NCBI GenBank assembly: GCA_011109175.1 | Contig: RDEW01000082.1 | Span: 67,876 to 131,875 of the forward strand | From: Dicyema japonicum | Taxonomy: Eukaryota > Animalia > Dicyemida | Length of the DNA stretch: 64,000 bases | Reading direction: 5' to 3' | In this document: one piece after another, positions 12,701 to 26,880 of the stretch | Layout of the letters: each line of letters begins with the position of its first letter | Position numbering within the stretch: position 1 is the first letter of the stretch | The notes under the pieces: model-generated | Seen by the model: only the letters and a program-made list of their open reading frames with translations | Told to the model about the DNA's origin: nothing | Database searches by the model: none | Translations under genes and position numbers: made by a program

Positions 12701-14008
12701 AAGGGTTGTTAGATTTAAATCATTTGATTTTAATCAACAAAAAATCAATGATTTAAATCATTAAAAAAATTAAAAAAATCATTTAAATTTTTTAATGTCT
12801 GAAAGAAAGCTGATGCATTGTGGGTTCACTTTGATAAACGTATTATTCCTGGAAAGATTGGGAGTCGAGCCAAATGCCGTAAGTTCGGGAAGGAGGTACA
12901 AGGTCTCGTATCTCGGATGAGGCAGCATCATTTGTCATGTCGAACTAATATTGATATCTTGAAAATCCGAGAAAACCTGAAAGTGATTTGATCAGCGACT
13001 TCCACCCTAGGATGAGGGACAAGTCTTTAATCAATTTCATTTCTACGACGACGCCATCGAAGAAAGATTAGATTGATATGCAACTCGTTAGATGCATATT
13101 TTCCAGTAACACTACATTTGATGCTCTAGAACATCCAGAATTTATCAAATTCGTTTAAATGCTTCTCCCTGGGTATCGATTTCCATCTCGTCATCAAATT
13201 GGAAGTCCATTGTTCGATCGTGTGTAAGAACAAATACATGAAGACTGTCGGCAAAGACTCTAAAGACAGTGTCTATGATGTTGGACGGGTGGACAACATT
13301 CATAATGAACCTGTTATTTGTGTGTCAGTTGTAACATCGGATGGGGAAAGCTATCTAATTGACACTGCGGCTGATTAAACCAATTGCTGTCGCTTTAGAC
13401 AAAATTCAAAATGATTCTACGACGATTAGTCATGCTGTAGAATTTGGATAGAACTTGAACAGACTTATATTGACTATGAATGTACGACTATTTTAGAAAA
13501 AGTGAAAACTCGAGCAGATCAAGCATTAACACCTTTCCACTTACTTGCGAATTTAATGGACCCAACACGTTGTGGGTGATTTCTTTCAACTGCTGAGATT
13601 GACCTCGCCTTGGATATTGTGCTGAACATTATGAATATGCTCTTCCGACTCTGATTAATTTCAGAGCAAAAGCTGTTCCATTCAAACTATGTTCGCTCCG
13701 AATTTATTGAGCAAAGTATCACCTATAGCTTGGTGGGAGTCGAACTCTTACCACCTTCTGAAGTATTTCACTCTGCAAAAAAATTCTTGGAGCAGTTGCT
13801 TCCACAGGTGGAATAGAACGAATTTTTTTCGTCTTTTGGATTCCTACATTCAAATGTATGAAATAGGCTGGGAATTGAAAAAGCTGCTAAACTTGTCTTT
13901 GTTTACAAGCTTTTAAATAAATAAATACGATTTCCAATGTTTTTATTTTAATTTGTTTCCGAATAAAAATCATTTAATTCAAAAAAATCATGATTTTTAA
14001 CAACCCTG
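12701..14008 (+). mobile_element. Decayed hAT transposon with BED zinc finger
   Basis: TIRs (A/C)AGGGTTGTTA at 12701 and 14008, and an 8-bp TSD ACTGCAAG/ACTGCTAG. Coding remnants LWVHFDK..AKCRKFGKEVQGLVSRMRQHHLSC, FHLLANLMDP and PIAWWES. Confidence 0.85.
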
Positions 14009-14961
14009 ACTGCTAGAGATCACCGTGTTCTATTGACATCGTTGAAGACTTTGAGCGTTCTGGTGTCAATTGACGAAATGGGTGTTCGATGATTATACTA
14101 ACTAAAAAATAAGGACGATTAAACCTAGCTGGGATGGTTCAGTGTCAAAAGTGGAGACAAACCCATATGGTTCCGGGATCGAATGTCGCTGCTGTACATC
14201 TCGATTGATATCGTCATCACTGATTCATAACTGCAAAACTGGATTGTCTTTAAGGAGTCACCCACAACCAAAGAGAAATCGTTAAAGAACACTAGAGATA
14301 TTTTTATTAACGTAAAAAACTCGTTACTAATTAAAAACCAATTTAACAGGAGAAGCCAATGAGTTCGTACTAGTTGATGAGTACAGATAGCATCAAGGGT
14401 CCAATTGTTAGACTGCAAGGCCCTGGTGGCTATTACCCAATTAACCTGTAGTCAGCCGTAACCAAAATCATAGAGCGATACACCAGAAGCCAGGAATTCA
14501 TAATAAAAAACATCCTCTCGAACTTTCCGATTAGATCTTTTGGATATGTAGAGGGCGTTATACTCTGTCAAATATGATGGCCTTTGATCCACCTTTGCAG
14601 AAGCCGAGATCCTTGTTCCCTTTGGTCAACTACGGTGAGCACTCCTGGTATTTTAGTGAGGAAGGAGATAAGAGCTTGGAAATCTTAAACAAAATCAGGA
14701 GACAGACAGTATTTTTTGAGATTGTCTTAAGATCTTTCCACAAAGATCTTAGGGAGATACTAAAATTCAAGGTCTTTTCCTTATCTTGACTTAAGAACCT
14801 AATCACTCATCTCGGTCGCAAAATTAATAAAATGATCAAAAGCTCTGCATCTCACCAAAATCGTGCTGAGTAATCCCTAGAAAATCAAAATGGGGATGTT
14901 TGTCAAAAAAAGTCATTCGACCTCTTCTAATTTGAGGACAACCAATTTCATTTATAAGGAA

Positions 14962-16640
14962 TTAAATTGTCTTTAAAACTTTCTCGAGTTCTTGCAGGAT
15001 TTCGGAAGAGCTGTAATTGTTTGGATTGAGTTGAAGAGACTTCATGATAGACACGTGGGCAGTCCGAAACTCCCCCTCCTTGAATATAAGCGAAATATCT
15101 CACTTTTTGGGCAATCATGGCAATATTGAAGAACGGCTCATAGCAGAAAAGTCCGCAGTCCGCAGCCGTGGTGAAGTAGGAATAAGCCTAAAATGAGCAA
15201 GTGAAGAGTCAACAAGGTTGTGAGCCTCGTTATTGATTTCGATGACTCCAAGGTTGTTCAAAGCTTCCACGTGGGCTGGATTTAGCATGATCGCCAAGGA
15301 GAAACACTGTCGAGCAAATGAAATGTCCCCAGAATACTGAAAATAGTTAACCCGCCATACAAGTCCGATCATTCCAATGTTATAGTAGACTTCCGGCTTG
15401 CTTGCGTCGTCAGCCAAGGCCAGGGACCGCTCGAAGCAGTTGTAGACCAAGTCGAACTCCTGGGACATATAACAGCAGAGTCCGATGTTGCAGTACACCT
15501 CCGTGTTTTCGACCCCCATTTGGAGGAGTCGCCTTAAAGATTAGACTTCAATGTGCCTGTATAATTTCAGGGCGATTTGGGGGTTCTCGTTATAAAAGTG
15601 TTCGGTGGCGATACAGGAGATTGATTCCACGTGGGTGGCGTCAATTTTAAGAATATTTCGAAAAATGGCCGCTGATTCTTCTAAATTTCCGAGGTCCTGG
15701 TCAATTCTCGCTAACCACGTGAGCAAATTTATGTCATTAGGGAAATTCCTGAGTCCCATATTTAAAACTTCTTTGGCCGACGCAGGCTGACTGATTCGGC
15801 CATACAGTTTCGCCAAGTACAGGTAAATGTCAATATTCTGGAACAAATTTAAGGCCAAAAGAACTCCTTTTCAGCCTCACCAAACATCCCAAGCCAGATA
15901 TAATTCCCAAATCTACCGGTAGTAACACTTCCCCGCCTGAACCTTCCACCACCAATCTCCAGAGGTTAGGTAAGCGTCCACTTTTAGAGCTAAAGACAAC
16001 GCCTTGAGCTATACCACGTGACTACGTTTTTAATGTCGCTTTCAAAATAGAATAAGTACTCAAAGACAGCCTTGGAGAGATCCTTTTGGGGGACAAGCTT
16101 ATCAAAGTCTAATCGACTAACGTTTATCTCGAACTTTCCTGCGGCAGAAGAAGCCTTGAGATGTTAAAACCAGGAAAACGGTGGTCATTCGAATAAGCCG
16201 GCCAGTTGAAGAGGTAAATGGACGGGCTGTGGCTCCAGTCAGCCTCATTCTTGATTTTGCCGTCTTTAAAGAATCCCTCAAGCCCTGAACCCCAGTCTCC
16301 TGTCTTATAAACCCCGTGATTGGTCTTCCACTTTGTGTGATCGGCCTAAATCAAGGTTAACTAAGTACAAATTTGTGGGGGCCCTAGTTGCTTTCCTAGC
16401 GGTCTTCGCGATAGTACTTGTGTCCATGGAAAGGTCAGCAACACTTTCAACGTCAACCTCAAGCTCATCGACATACACCTCCTTAGTAAGGGACATCATT
16501 TTGAGGTACCACACGGCCCAAATGATAAATTAAGGTACTTTATTATCGGGAATGTTTCTAAGGAGTTTATCGCACAGCTCAGAGCAGTCCTTATATTTTC
16601 CGTGATTGAATAGATTGTAGGCTTCATATAGTGAATCCAT
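14962..16640 (-). CDS. BBS8: Bardet-Biedl syndrome 8 / TTC8 TPR protein (BBSome subunit)
   Basis: The spliced product has MDSLYEAYNLF..AVWYLK..PITQSGRPITGF..DWWWKVQAGKCYYRLGMF..ALKLYRRLLQMG..YEPFFNIA, colinear with BBS8. Nine introns of 21-26 nt, three of them non-GT-AG. One missing T near 15858. Confidence 0.93.
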
Positions 16641-16748
16641 TGGTTGTGGTTATGGCAATATTAAATAATAATAAAATAGCACTGAATTATCTTTTATTAA
16701 TCAATAAATATTAATTGTGTTTAATTTAAATGAGACTTTTGTCGAGTC
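16641..16748. promoter_or_regulatory. Putative bidirectional promoter between BBS8 and NDUFS2
   Basis: A 108-bp AT-rich spacer between divergent ATGs (16640 minus, 16749 plus). Confidence 0.55.
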
Positions 16749-18273
<1,525 letters not shown>

Positions 18274-18913
18274 TGAAGCACTAATTAATAATATTGTAAC
18301 ACATTCAATACTAAAATAATCTTTGATTACTGGTTTGTGTTTATTTGAGGTATTGGGAGGTGTGGCTGGTGGGGAATGTAGAATGTCCTATTCGATGCCA
18401 TTAGGCGTTACTTGGGACTGGTGTACCTCATGAGGGATATTTATTTAAAAAGTACAATGGGGAGGATGGTAATCTTGGGTCGAATAAACTACTTTCCTAT
18501 TTCATTGGATCTCCCCTTTCATTGCAATGGAAGGACTTATCTATGGTAAGAAATGAGTTCATAAATAAAGTTTGTACTTACATTACGAAACTATTAGACT
18601 CATGAATATGAATTTAATCGTGGAATGAATAATTATTGTAGACAGTGTTATTTGAGTCAGACGAAAAATAGTAATTGATAGGGAAGTTTATGCGATGAAT
18701 TGCATATATTCCACATTGACTTTCTTGAAATTATATTCGTGTAAAGTGAAGAAATACGTACTATAAGAAACAGTGGAGTCTAAATTTTAGGAAAAAGAAC
18801 GTTTATTATAAAGTATCCTCTTCGAATACTCATCAAGCAACAGACTGGAAGTCGTAATGGAAATTTGTCTAAGAATTAGCAAGTAAATTGTTACAAGATT
18901 TGTATAAAAAAAA

Positions 18914-18985
18914 GGGGATATGGCTTAGTGGTAAAGCGCCCGCTTAGCATGCGGGAGGTCCTGGGTTCGATTCCCAGTATCTCCA
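18914..18985 (+). tRNA. trnA-AGC: tRNA-Ala (AGC)
   Basis: Full cloverleaf with stems GGGGATA/TATCTCC, GCTT/AAGC, CCCGC/GCGGG and CTGGG/CCCAG, loop TTAGCAT, TTCGA T-loop and a T6 terminator. Confidence 0.95.
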
Positions 18986-19010
18986 CTTTTTTATCTGATT
19001 ACTTTAATTT

Positions 19011-19319
19011 TTTTTTCAGAATAATTTTTATATTCCGAAAATAATACTTTAATTTTCATCTTTTTTTAAGTTTTTCGGAGGAGTATATATTTGTTCCATT
19101 CGCGGTGGAAACGTCAGGAATCCTTGGCCCCCAAGCAGATGAGTTGGTTCGTAAGATCGGCTCCATGATTCAAGCTGTGACCAAGGATCCGCGAGAGACT
19201 GGTTGGTTCCGAGAACGTATCTCGTTGGCTATTGTTAGGGGAAATAGCATGGCCATTCAGATGCCTTAATTTTGAACTCTTTTTCATTATAATAATAAAT
19301 AGTAAAAATACTTTAATTT
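19011..19319 (+). mobile_element. 5'-truncated CRE-clade insertion downstream of the tRNA
   Basis: Encodes FVPFAVETSGILGP..WFRERISLAIVRGNS. It is absent from the paralogous locus near 38640 and bounded by TACTTTAATTT at 19000, 19045 and 19309. Confidence 0.8.
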
Positions 19320-19419
19320 ATTTAAAAAAATACTTTTGGAGAGTATTTTTCAAGTTTTATTATCAAATGCAAATATCATGTAGCCCCTTTTATAAAAATC
19401 CTTTCAAAAAAAGAAAGCT

Positions 19420-19930
19420 ACTACGAATTTTGAGGATTGGATTCGGACAAAGAGTAGGACTAGTTGTTTGCTAGGACCACCGATGCCGCTGCGTAAAAAT
19501 AATCGATGCGAAGGGATTACACCCGCTGTCCTGCAGATGCAGAAGAAGTGTCGGGAGAGGACCACGTCATGCCGCTCTGAAAGATTTTATCGTCAGAGCT
19601 CTAAAGGCTACAGGCTTCTCGTCACAGCTTGAACCCGTAGGTTTCGATCGAGGCACGAATTTGGAACCTCCTTAAATCGATTCAGACATATGGAGCAGCA
19701 ATAGCTGAAAACCTAAAAATCAAAAAATATTCTTGCCTCGGAGACCGGTGCTGCTTTACTCCTGTTGCGGTCGAGTCATCAGGGGCCGTTGGTCCAATGA
19801 CGGCTGAGTTCTTGCGCGAACTTTTGAAAAAGAGGGGATCAACGAGAAAAGTTCTGGTTTAGACAAAGGATTGAATTAGCCATACTCCAAAGGGAACTCA
19901 TCTACACAGCAGGATTCCTCAATTAACATT
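19420..19930 (+). mobile_element. CRE-clade RLE-domain fragment
   Basis: RHVMPL..GFSSQLEPVGFDR..FTPVAVESSGAVGPMTAEFLR..IAILQRE motifs across frames. Duplicated at about 38000-38500. Confidence 0.7.
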
Positions 19931-19989
19931 TGTTTCTTTATCAATTTTAAACCACATTTTATTTAACCAACAATAAAAAGTTAATATTT

Positions 19990-20340
19990 AATAATCAACA
20001 ACCTTCCTCTCCAGCCTCCTCAGGCAGGTTCGATTCTGGTTGCTGAAACAACGCCGAGAGCGCCTTGTCCAATTGAATCCTCTGCCCATATGGCATCTCC
20101 GGGCTCTGCCTCTTAAACCCCAGTGTCAGACTCTCTAGGATCCGCTTTAATACAGTGGACTGTAGATAGTCCCGGAGCTTCTATCTGCCCCCCCCCCAAC
20201 TGCTTCAGATAACCCTTGTGGTACTTTGTTGCAATTCCTTCCCACGTCATTACTATTGGAATAACAAGGACCTTGCAACCAAGCATCTGCCCCATCTCGT
20301 TTGCAAGCAAATCATTGAATCCTCCACCTATTCATCACAG
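19990..20340 (-). mobile_element. R4/Dong-like RLE LINE C-terminal fragment
   Basis: CKVLVIPIVMTWEGIATKYHKGYLKQL. Second copy at 37640-37960 (+). Confidence 0.6.
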
Positions 20341-20343
20341 CCA

Positions 20344-21660
20344 CTACAAAGATGAATCCTCCTTTAGATGAATCCTCCACCGATTCATCACAGCCACTAC
20401 AAAGCTGATGTACCACACGGATAAATATGTTACTCGTTGCAACCAAATGTAATCTTGTAAAAATTTACAAAATTGCAATTTGAGTGGATTAAAAAAAACA
20501 TTAAGTTCTTCTCTTAACTCAAAAAAACGAGCCAAAATTTTACCTCTCGATAACCACCTTACTTGAGTATGTAATATAAGAGATGTATGATTACATCCCA
20601 TTTCTTTACATAATACTTTTAATAGAGGAGATTGTAAGGGCCGTGATTGTATATAATTTATCATTTTTATAAAATCATTTATAAACAATTTTAACGAGGA
20701 TTGAATATTTTTAGAAACAAGAGCATAACGATGTAAAATACAATGCGAGCTTGAACACTCCGGAGATACTTGCTTTATACGGGATACTGCTCCAGCAACC
20801 TTGAGCACCGTCAGTGCAAACATCAATAAATTTTTCCCAACATAATTCCCGAGAAATCATATATTCATCGATTGCGATGAAAATTTATTGACCAGTTGTG
20901 TTTATTTCAAGAGATTTTTAAACAATAGAAGTCAGGTAGTTGCCGCCCTTACTGCGTGGCTGTTCCCTCTCAAAATTGCGAGCGAAATTCGCTCAAATAG
21001 CAAGCGGCGTTCACGGAGATCTCCAGTGCATGAGGTGATCCGGTTTCCAAGACGTCCGAAAAACTCGAGTGTAGAGGGGGAGTAGGATCCGGAAGTCTCC
21101 ATAGCAAGGGGAACAAATTTGACATCATCGGGAAGGTCGACGTATTTAACGAGTTTGGCCTTCTCAAGAGATTTACAAAATAAAGAATTTTTTGCAGTGT
21201 AGAATCAAACAAATAACAAACAAAAACTAATAATATTGGTAATCCTTCAACATCAGTTGATTCGTCAAACTGAATAAAAAAATAATCAGAATTTTTAAGC
21301 GGGAAATTAATTGATCTTCAATGTCATTGGAAAGATCATCAATGCGTGTTTTACAGTGCTATTAGAAAACTGAATCGAATTAATTTTTGAGAATTATCAT
21401 CCCCATAAAAGATAGATGAAATATTTTTGAGACAAGGTTTTACTAAAGATTCCGCTATAATGTGAGCTTGTCTATTTTTTGCAATAGGTAACTTATTTAG
21501 GATCAATTAACAATTATAATCAACTTCATAGCTTCAGTGGCTTTTAAATTTTCATCTTTTTTTAAGTTTTTCATCGACTCTTTCAATTTTCTAAAAGCAG
21601 CAAGCATTTTTTCAAAAAAAATGGATCTTTGTTTTTCAATTCTTTGTGTTGAACAACGAG
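20344..21660 (-). mobile_element. hAT (Charlie/SPIN, ZBED5-like) transposase remnant, interrupted near 20890-21190
   Basis: HCILHRYAL, LILHTQVRWLSRGKILARFFELREE and FFIQFDESTDV. Confidence 0.85.
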
Positions 21661-21690
21661 ATGTCGATGGAGCTTAGATGGTACTAATGT

Positions 21691-22631
21691 CTATTTTGAC
21701 ATAATTTTGAAAGACCACCGCTCCGTCATTCTGAAAGCCTTCTTTTGAACGTCCTCAATCTTCTTAGTGTTCGTCCATGATAATGAAGGTCTCCACGAAG
21801 CACACGCGTACGAGAAGCATGGTTCGATGTATTGCTTGTAAATGTTCATCAAGACTGGGTGGGTACCTGTCTTCCATATTCCAGATAAACATTTTAATAC
21901 ATTGATCCTCTTCTCGTACTTCAGAACAATGTTTGCCACGTGTGGTGACAAACATAGGTGTGCATAAAGTGTCACGCCCAGGATCTTCTGACATTTGGTG
22001 AAGGGGATTTCAATGTTGTCCAATTTTAACTTGGCACTCATTTTCCTCAACCTTTTGTCCGAAGTAAACATAGACGTGACCGACTTTCTGGAATTTATCG
22101 CGAGTCGGTTCTTCATTACCCAGGCGTTGAGTCGGTCCAGGTTAATTTGTAATCTTTCTGTAGCATTTTGGATATCCCGATCACGCGAGGCCAAACAATG
22201 TCGTCTGCATATGAAAGTAGAACATTGTTATTGGATTCCGGTGTCGGGAGGTCTGCCAGGTATAAATTGAATAAGGCGGGGGATAAAGGAGATCCTTGGG
22301 GGACACCGTTTGGGAGAAGACGTGCAACTGATTTCAGTCCTCCGAGGCATACACGTCCCCTTCGTCCACTTAAAAAATTTGTTATCCAAATTTTAAACTT
22401 CCCCGGGATCTCGGACTGGAAAATTTTCTTTGATAATATTTTTCTCGAAATAGAATCAAAAACCTTGTTAATACCAATGGAACATAAGACTGTTTTCAAA
22501 TGCCTTGGTTTGTTTGAAAAACCATCTCTAATGAAGTTGGTTAATTTCTGTAGGTACGTTGATGTAGAACAATCGCTCTTGAATCCGTGTTGAAAATTGA
22601 CGGGTAAATGCCATAATGGAAATTCATACAA
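21691..22631 (-). mobile_element. LINE reverse transcriptase fragment (APE-type, I/Ingi/Jockey-like)
   Basis: HGFKSDCST, GVPQGSPLSPALFNLY, YADD and KILGVTL. Confidence 0.9.
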
Positions 22632-22688
22632 TTATATTATAAAATTAAAAAAGTTTATTTTGATAAATAATTAATTAAAATATTACAA

Positions 22689-23521
22689 ATGTTTACAAAA
22701 CGTTCCCTTGTGAGACTGTTTCGCATTGCCCTAATAAAACAAAACTGGGACCGAGCTTTCAGGATTTATCTCTGCCTTTTAAAACGGGTTAACTTCGGGA
22801 AAGTCTCAGTCATACAAGTAAGAGAAATAATAATATTAGTGCGGATATTTTCTCACTAAATTCTCCACCAACCTCAAAGAGACAGATAACCACAACATTA
22901 TTCGGTACGTCATTTTTTTAAATTCAAAGTCACCTCATGGAGTTCTCTCCAAAGTTCAAGTGTGTGTTTACCAACATACGGGTCAGCAATTCCCTACACA
23001 ACAACGCCTTCCACGAGGCTGTTCAAATTGTCGGACGCAGCAAAGCACGTGATTTGGCAAGAATCAAATGTCTCGCCTATTTTGGTCTCTACAGTGTTTC
23101 AGAAGACAGATCCCTAAGAACAAAGGCCATATTGGCTTACAAGAGCTTGTTCAAGAGGTCGAGACCCTCACTTTCAATGGCATTGAATTTTGCCCAACTT
23201 TTATTCGACGAGAAAGCCTGGAAGTCTCTTCACACCTTCACCAGCGATTTTCTCAAGGACCATTCCAATTGGCTGGGAGCATATCAGCTACATTCAATCG
23301 CCTCTGAACACGTGGGTCGTTCTCGTGAAGTTATCATACCTAAAGAGTTTAAACCCTTCTGGTTGAGTAGTAAAGGAACTCTGGAAATAGCAGGTGGGGA
23401 CCATTCTGAGACAGTGGAAGACCTGGCAGATTACCTTAGCTACCGAAAGAACATGGGAGATGTAGAGAAGTGGAGTAGATTATTGGCGTATCTGAGAGAT
23501 TTGGAAACATTGTTATTGTAA
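22689..23521 (+). CDS. Helical protein, probable RNA polymerase I core factor subunit Rrn11/TAF1A
   Basis: Introns 22818-22839 (22 nt) and 22905-22929 (25 nt) put MFTKRSLVRLFRIALIKQNWDRAFRIYLCLLKR in frame with the 194-aa ORF. The N-terminus matches the recalled Rrn11/TAF1A pattern LLxxxLLxxxWxxAxxxxxxL. A further 3' exon is possible. Confidence 0.5.
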
Positions 23522-24239
23522 GTTAGAGTGATTGTAGAAGCAAGGATCACTGTTGTTCGAGAAGTGGTGGATATATTTGCATTATTGTGGTTATATCGAT
23601 AGGGATTGTGGGGAGTTGGTGGAAATTAAGACCGAAATTAGAGGATTATTGAAGAATTTGTGTAAAGTGGGGGATGTCTGACTGTTTTATCATATTGTAA
23701 TAATTTTGCTTCAACTCAGTCAAATTTAATATCTTTGGCAAGCAGCCACTCAGACAACTATATAATGTACTTTTCTTTCTTGGTTTGTTCTCTTCTTTTT
23801 CTCTGGCGGAGTCATTGGATCCACCTTAGTAAGGAGACTCCCATTGCCTGGCCGACATTCAAAAGGATCCATCTATTCACTCCACCAAGAGACAACTCCA
23901 TTCTCTGGCGACGAGTTCTGGAATCGACTTCAGCTTCCCGGACAACGCCATATGGATCAATCTGCTTGGGTGAAGGTTCGGCTTGAACGCGTCAGGATCA
24001 AAAAATTGGTTAGTTTGGTTTTACCCTTGGTCTGGTGATCTTGGCCTTTCTCAATAGCTTCCAAATCTTTACTTTTCTATCAGGATCTCACATACTCGCC
24101 GAAATATCGCGTTACAGAAAGAAGGACATGGGAGATAATTCGTGCCCTTGTTTTTGTTTGTTTTTCTACACATGTCCTGTCCTAACCAAATTAGTCTTGT
24201 GGGATGAGTGATACAGTTGTTATGCGAAATTATTAAAAA

Positions 24240-24430
24240 CTGAAGGACTAAGAACTACCACATTCTGAAATGGAGTCAGTTGCCTTCTTTCAGAAGGTTG
24301 GAATTTTCCCGAAAGAAAAGAACTGCCGTAAAAAACATTTGATGACCCTTCTCCATCAGCGGGAGAATACAACATGGGTGTGCGATAAAAGCGGGTGTCG
24401 AACTTATAGTTCTCTCAGAAACGGTGTAAT
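24240..24430 (+). mobile_element. Merlin/IS1595-like transposase N-terminal Zn-ribbon fragment
   Basis: FFQKVGIFPKEKNCRKKHLMTL..WVCDKSGCRTYSSLRNG. Confidence 0.6.
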
Positions 24431-25099
24431 AAGAGAGTACTTTATTTTTAGGTACGTGGTTTCAAGGCACGACAGTTTCGTAACAAACCTGTATTCGTTT
24501 CATATATATGTGGAGCTACGACAGACAAACAATTTTATGATGTCGGCGTCAACTGGAATGGATCAAACGCACGATTTGTAATTAGTCTCACTCCCTGCGA
24601 GAGGTTTGAGCTGATTATTTAGCTAATCGTCCCAACACACTGATTGGTATTAGTCTATTGCTAGATTTTGACTGGGAAAATGTGTCTGTGCATTCCCTAT
24701 GCCAAATCAGAAATTTCCCCAGGAGAAAGGGAAGACTTATTCCTTCGGGCCGCTTTCCACGATGCCCAAAATTCTGACCTGTAAGAAGGATTGTGATATT
24801 AGCGGTATCTTCAATTGACTTGGAAATAATTTCGTTAAAATTCTCAAGGTTTTTCGGAAAGAGGTAACAAGAAAAGGAACTTCCAAGTCATTAATCTCGG
24901 ATGGAATAAATGATTCTTCAGGAGGACAAAGCAATATGAATTAAACTCGAACAACGTAGCAGTGAGTCTACTAATCTCCGGTAGTTTCTTATTCAGAATA
25001 TGATGGATATTCCCCGTGGAAAAGGGGGAGCTTAATATAAATAACATGCACGGGCAACCTCGTCAACAATCAAAGCAAAAAGAAGTGGACCAAGAGGAT

Positions 25100-26880
25100 C
25101 ACCTCGTTAGATCTTAGTCGGTGATTTAATATCAATAAGTGAGTTGGACTACCGTTTGCGAGGTCGGGCTCTCATCAAAACGATTCAAGTGTCTGATCTT
25201 TCTCATCGAACTGGAAACTTACAGCTTTACAATGACTCCCGGCTTATCCTCTTTACAATCGGTCACAAAGGAGCGGCATGACAGATTCGCAGCAGTCACG
25301 GACACTTACTCTGAGTATCACTGTTTCAGTTCACATGAAGATCATCAATAAAGCGCAAGCATGAAAGCTTTGAGGCATATCTACGGTAAAGCTTCCACAA
25401 ACAATTAGCTTGACTTCGCCTCCTGGCTTCGAGAAATGAAACAATAAGGTGAACAAAAGAGTTCATGAGCTAAGAAAAAGATGTTTCTGGTTGTAAACAG
25501 GTTTATGGAACAGACTAAGACACCAACTCACAACTCTCTGAGAAAGATACCAACTCACAACTCTCTTCCACCAAATTGCTGATGACTAGAATCTCAAAGA
25601 AAGGGGCAGATTGCATTGGAAATAACGGAAACACAAGAAATCCGTCAGGACAGTCACTAATTTAGTTTGACGGTTATTACAGCCTATCTTTATACAACTC
25701 TGCGTTTCAGACCCAGCTAGACATACAACTACTCTGACAGGAACTAGAAAGATGACTTTGGGAACCCAGTCTACATACAATCAAATTGACTACAGCCTCT
25801 GTGGAAGAGATAAGTCCGGCTTACTGGCCCAGGGAGATTAAAGTCAGTAAAGTTAGATTTCATGTTTTATAAAATTGTTAAAAATTATTATTATATTGTA
25901 GATTAAATCAAAGTATTAAAGATGGAATGCGTGAAAAGATGCATACTCAAATATTCTGATGGCAGCAAAAAGAATGGAAGAAATTTGTAATTGGAAATAC
26001 AAGACAATGGTGGACTCACAAGGAAATCTTATTAGCAATTTATGTGGCAGATTTGTAATTTCAAAAAAAACAATTTTTATGAATCGCATCGATCGTCTAA
26101 GATGACAGGTTGCCAACAGTTTTAACAATTCCAAACCTCCCGAATAAACCGTCGAATGGGTTACTCCCTAGCACAGGTTGAACAGTAATTAATCATGCCA
26201 ATATACAAAGGTATCCTTTATAATAAAACTTCATCTTGAATTCTGTCCATTTTTTGTGGAGTAATAAAATGGCAAGGCAGTTCGGTGACGTCCAAAAAAA
26301 TTAAATCCACCGGATTGGATAAAAACTTTAGTTCTGTCATCCTTCTAAATACCCTGCGGAAGATCCTTGCCCTGGTCGTACTTAATCGGATCCAAGAGCC
26401 AGTGGACGGGTACTTGGGCCAAAGTCATAGTGTTTTCAGGATTTGGAGATCAACAGCTGATGTGGTATGGTGCCATAGGTGGGACTACGCTATTCAGTAA
26501 AAATTCCAAATTTAAATACCTTCGAGATCTCCGGAAGTATACAGCGACGATACTATGGAAATTGTTTACGTCGATGATGACTTTCAAAAAGGCTCGACTC
26601 CTTTCATTAAAAGTAACTTCGGTCTCTTTTGGGACTAAAGTGGAAAATGCGAGTAAGAAGTGAAGCATTATACAAAGGATGCTCGTCTGGACCTCTGCAC
26701 CTGATCATGAAGATGGGGTGGAAACTGTTTGGTCACATTCTAAGAATGGAGGGAGGCAAGCCAACAAACAGCATCATAGAATAATTCTTATAAACATCTG
26801 GGGTAAAGTTCCGAGGTCATCCGCGTACAACGCTTCTCAAATTTCTGAATAGTTACCTGGGACGGTGATAAGCTGGCAGT
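25100..26880 (+). mobile_element. Fragmented RTE-clade LINE(s)
   Basis: NQIDY endonuclease motif near 25780, VILLNTLRKILALVVLNRIQ..RSTADVVWCHRW, and WKLFGHILRM. Confidence 0.7.

Noticed and set aside
24844-25047. ORF with STGN..ILN and a nearby ESFIPSEIND, resembling thiamine pyrophosphokinase
   Set aside because: The catalytic DGG and GDFDS motifs are absent, and the adjacent DNA (RGKRPEGISLPFSWG) is a CRE endonuclease relic.
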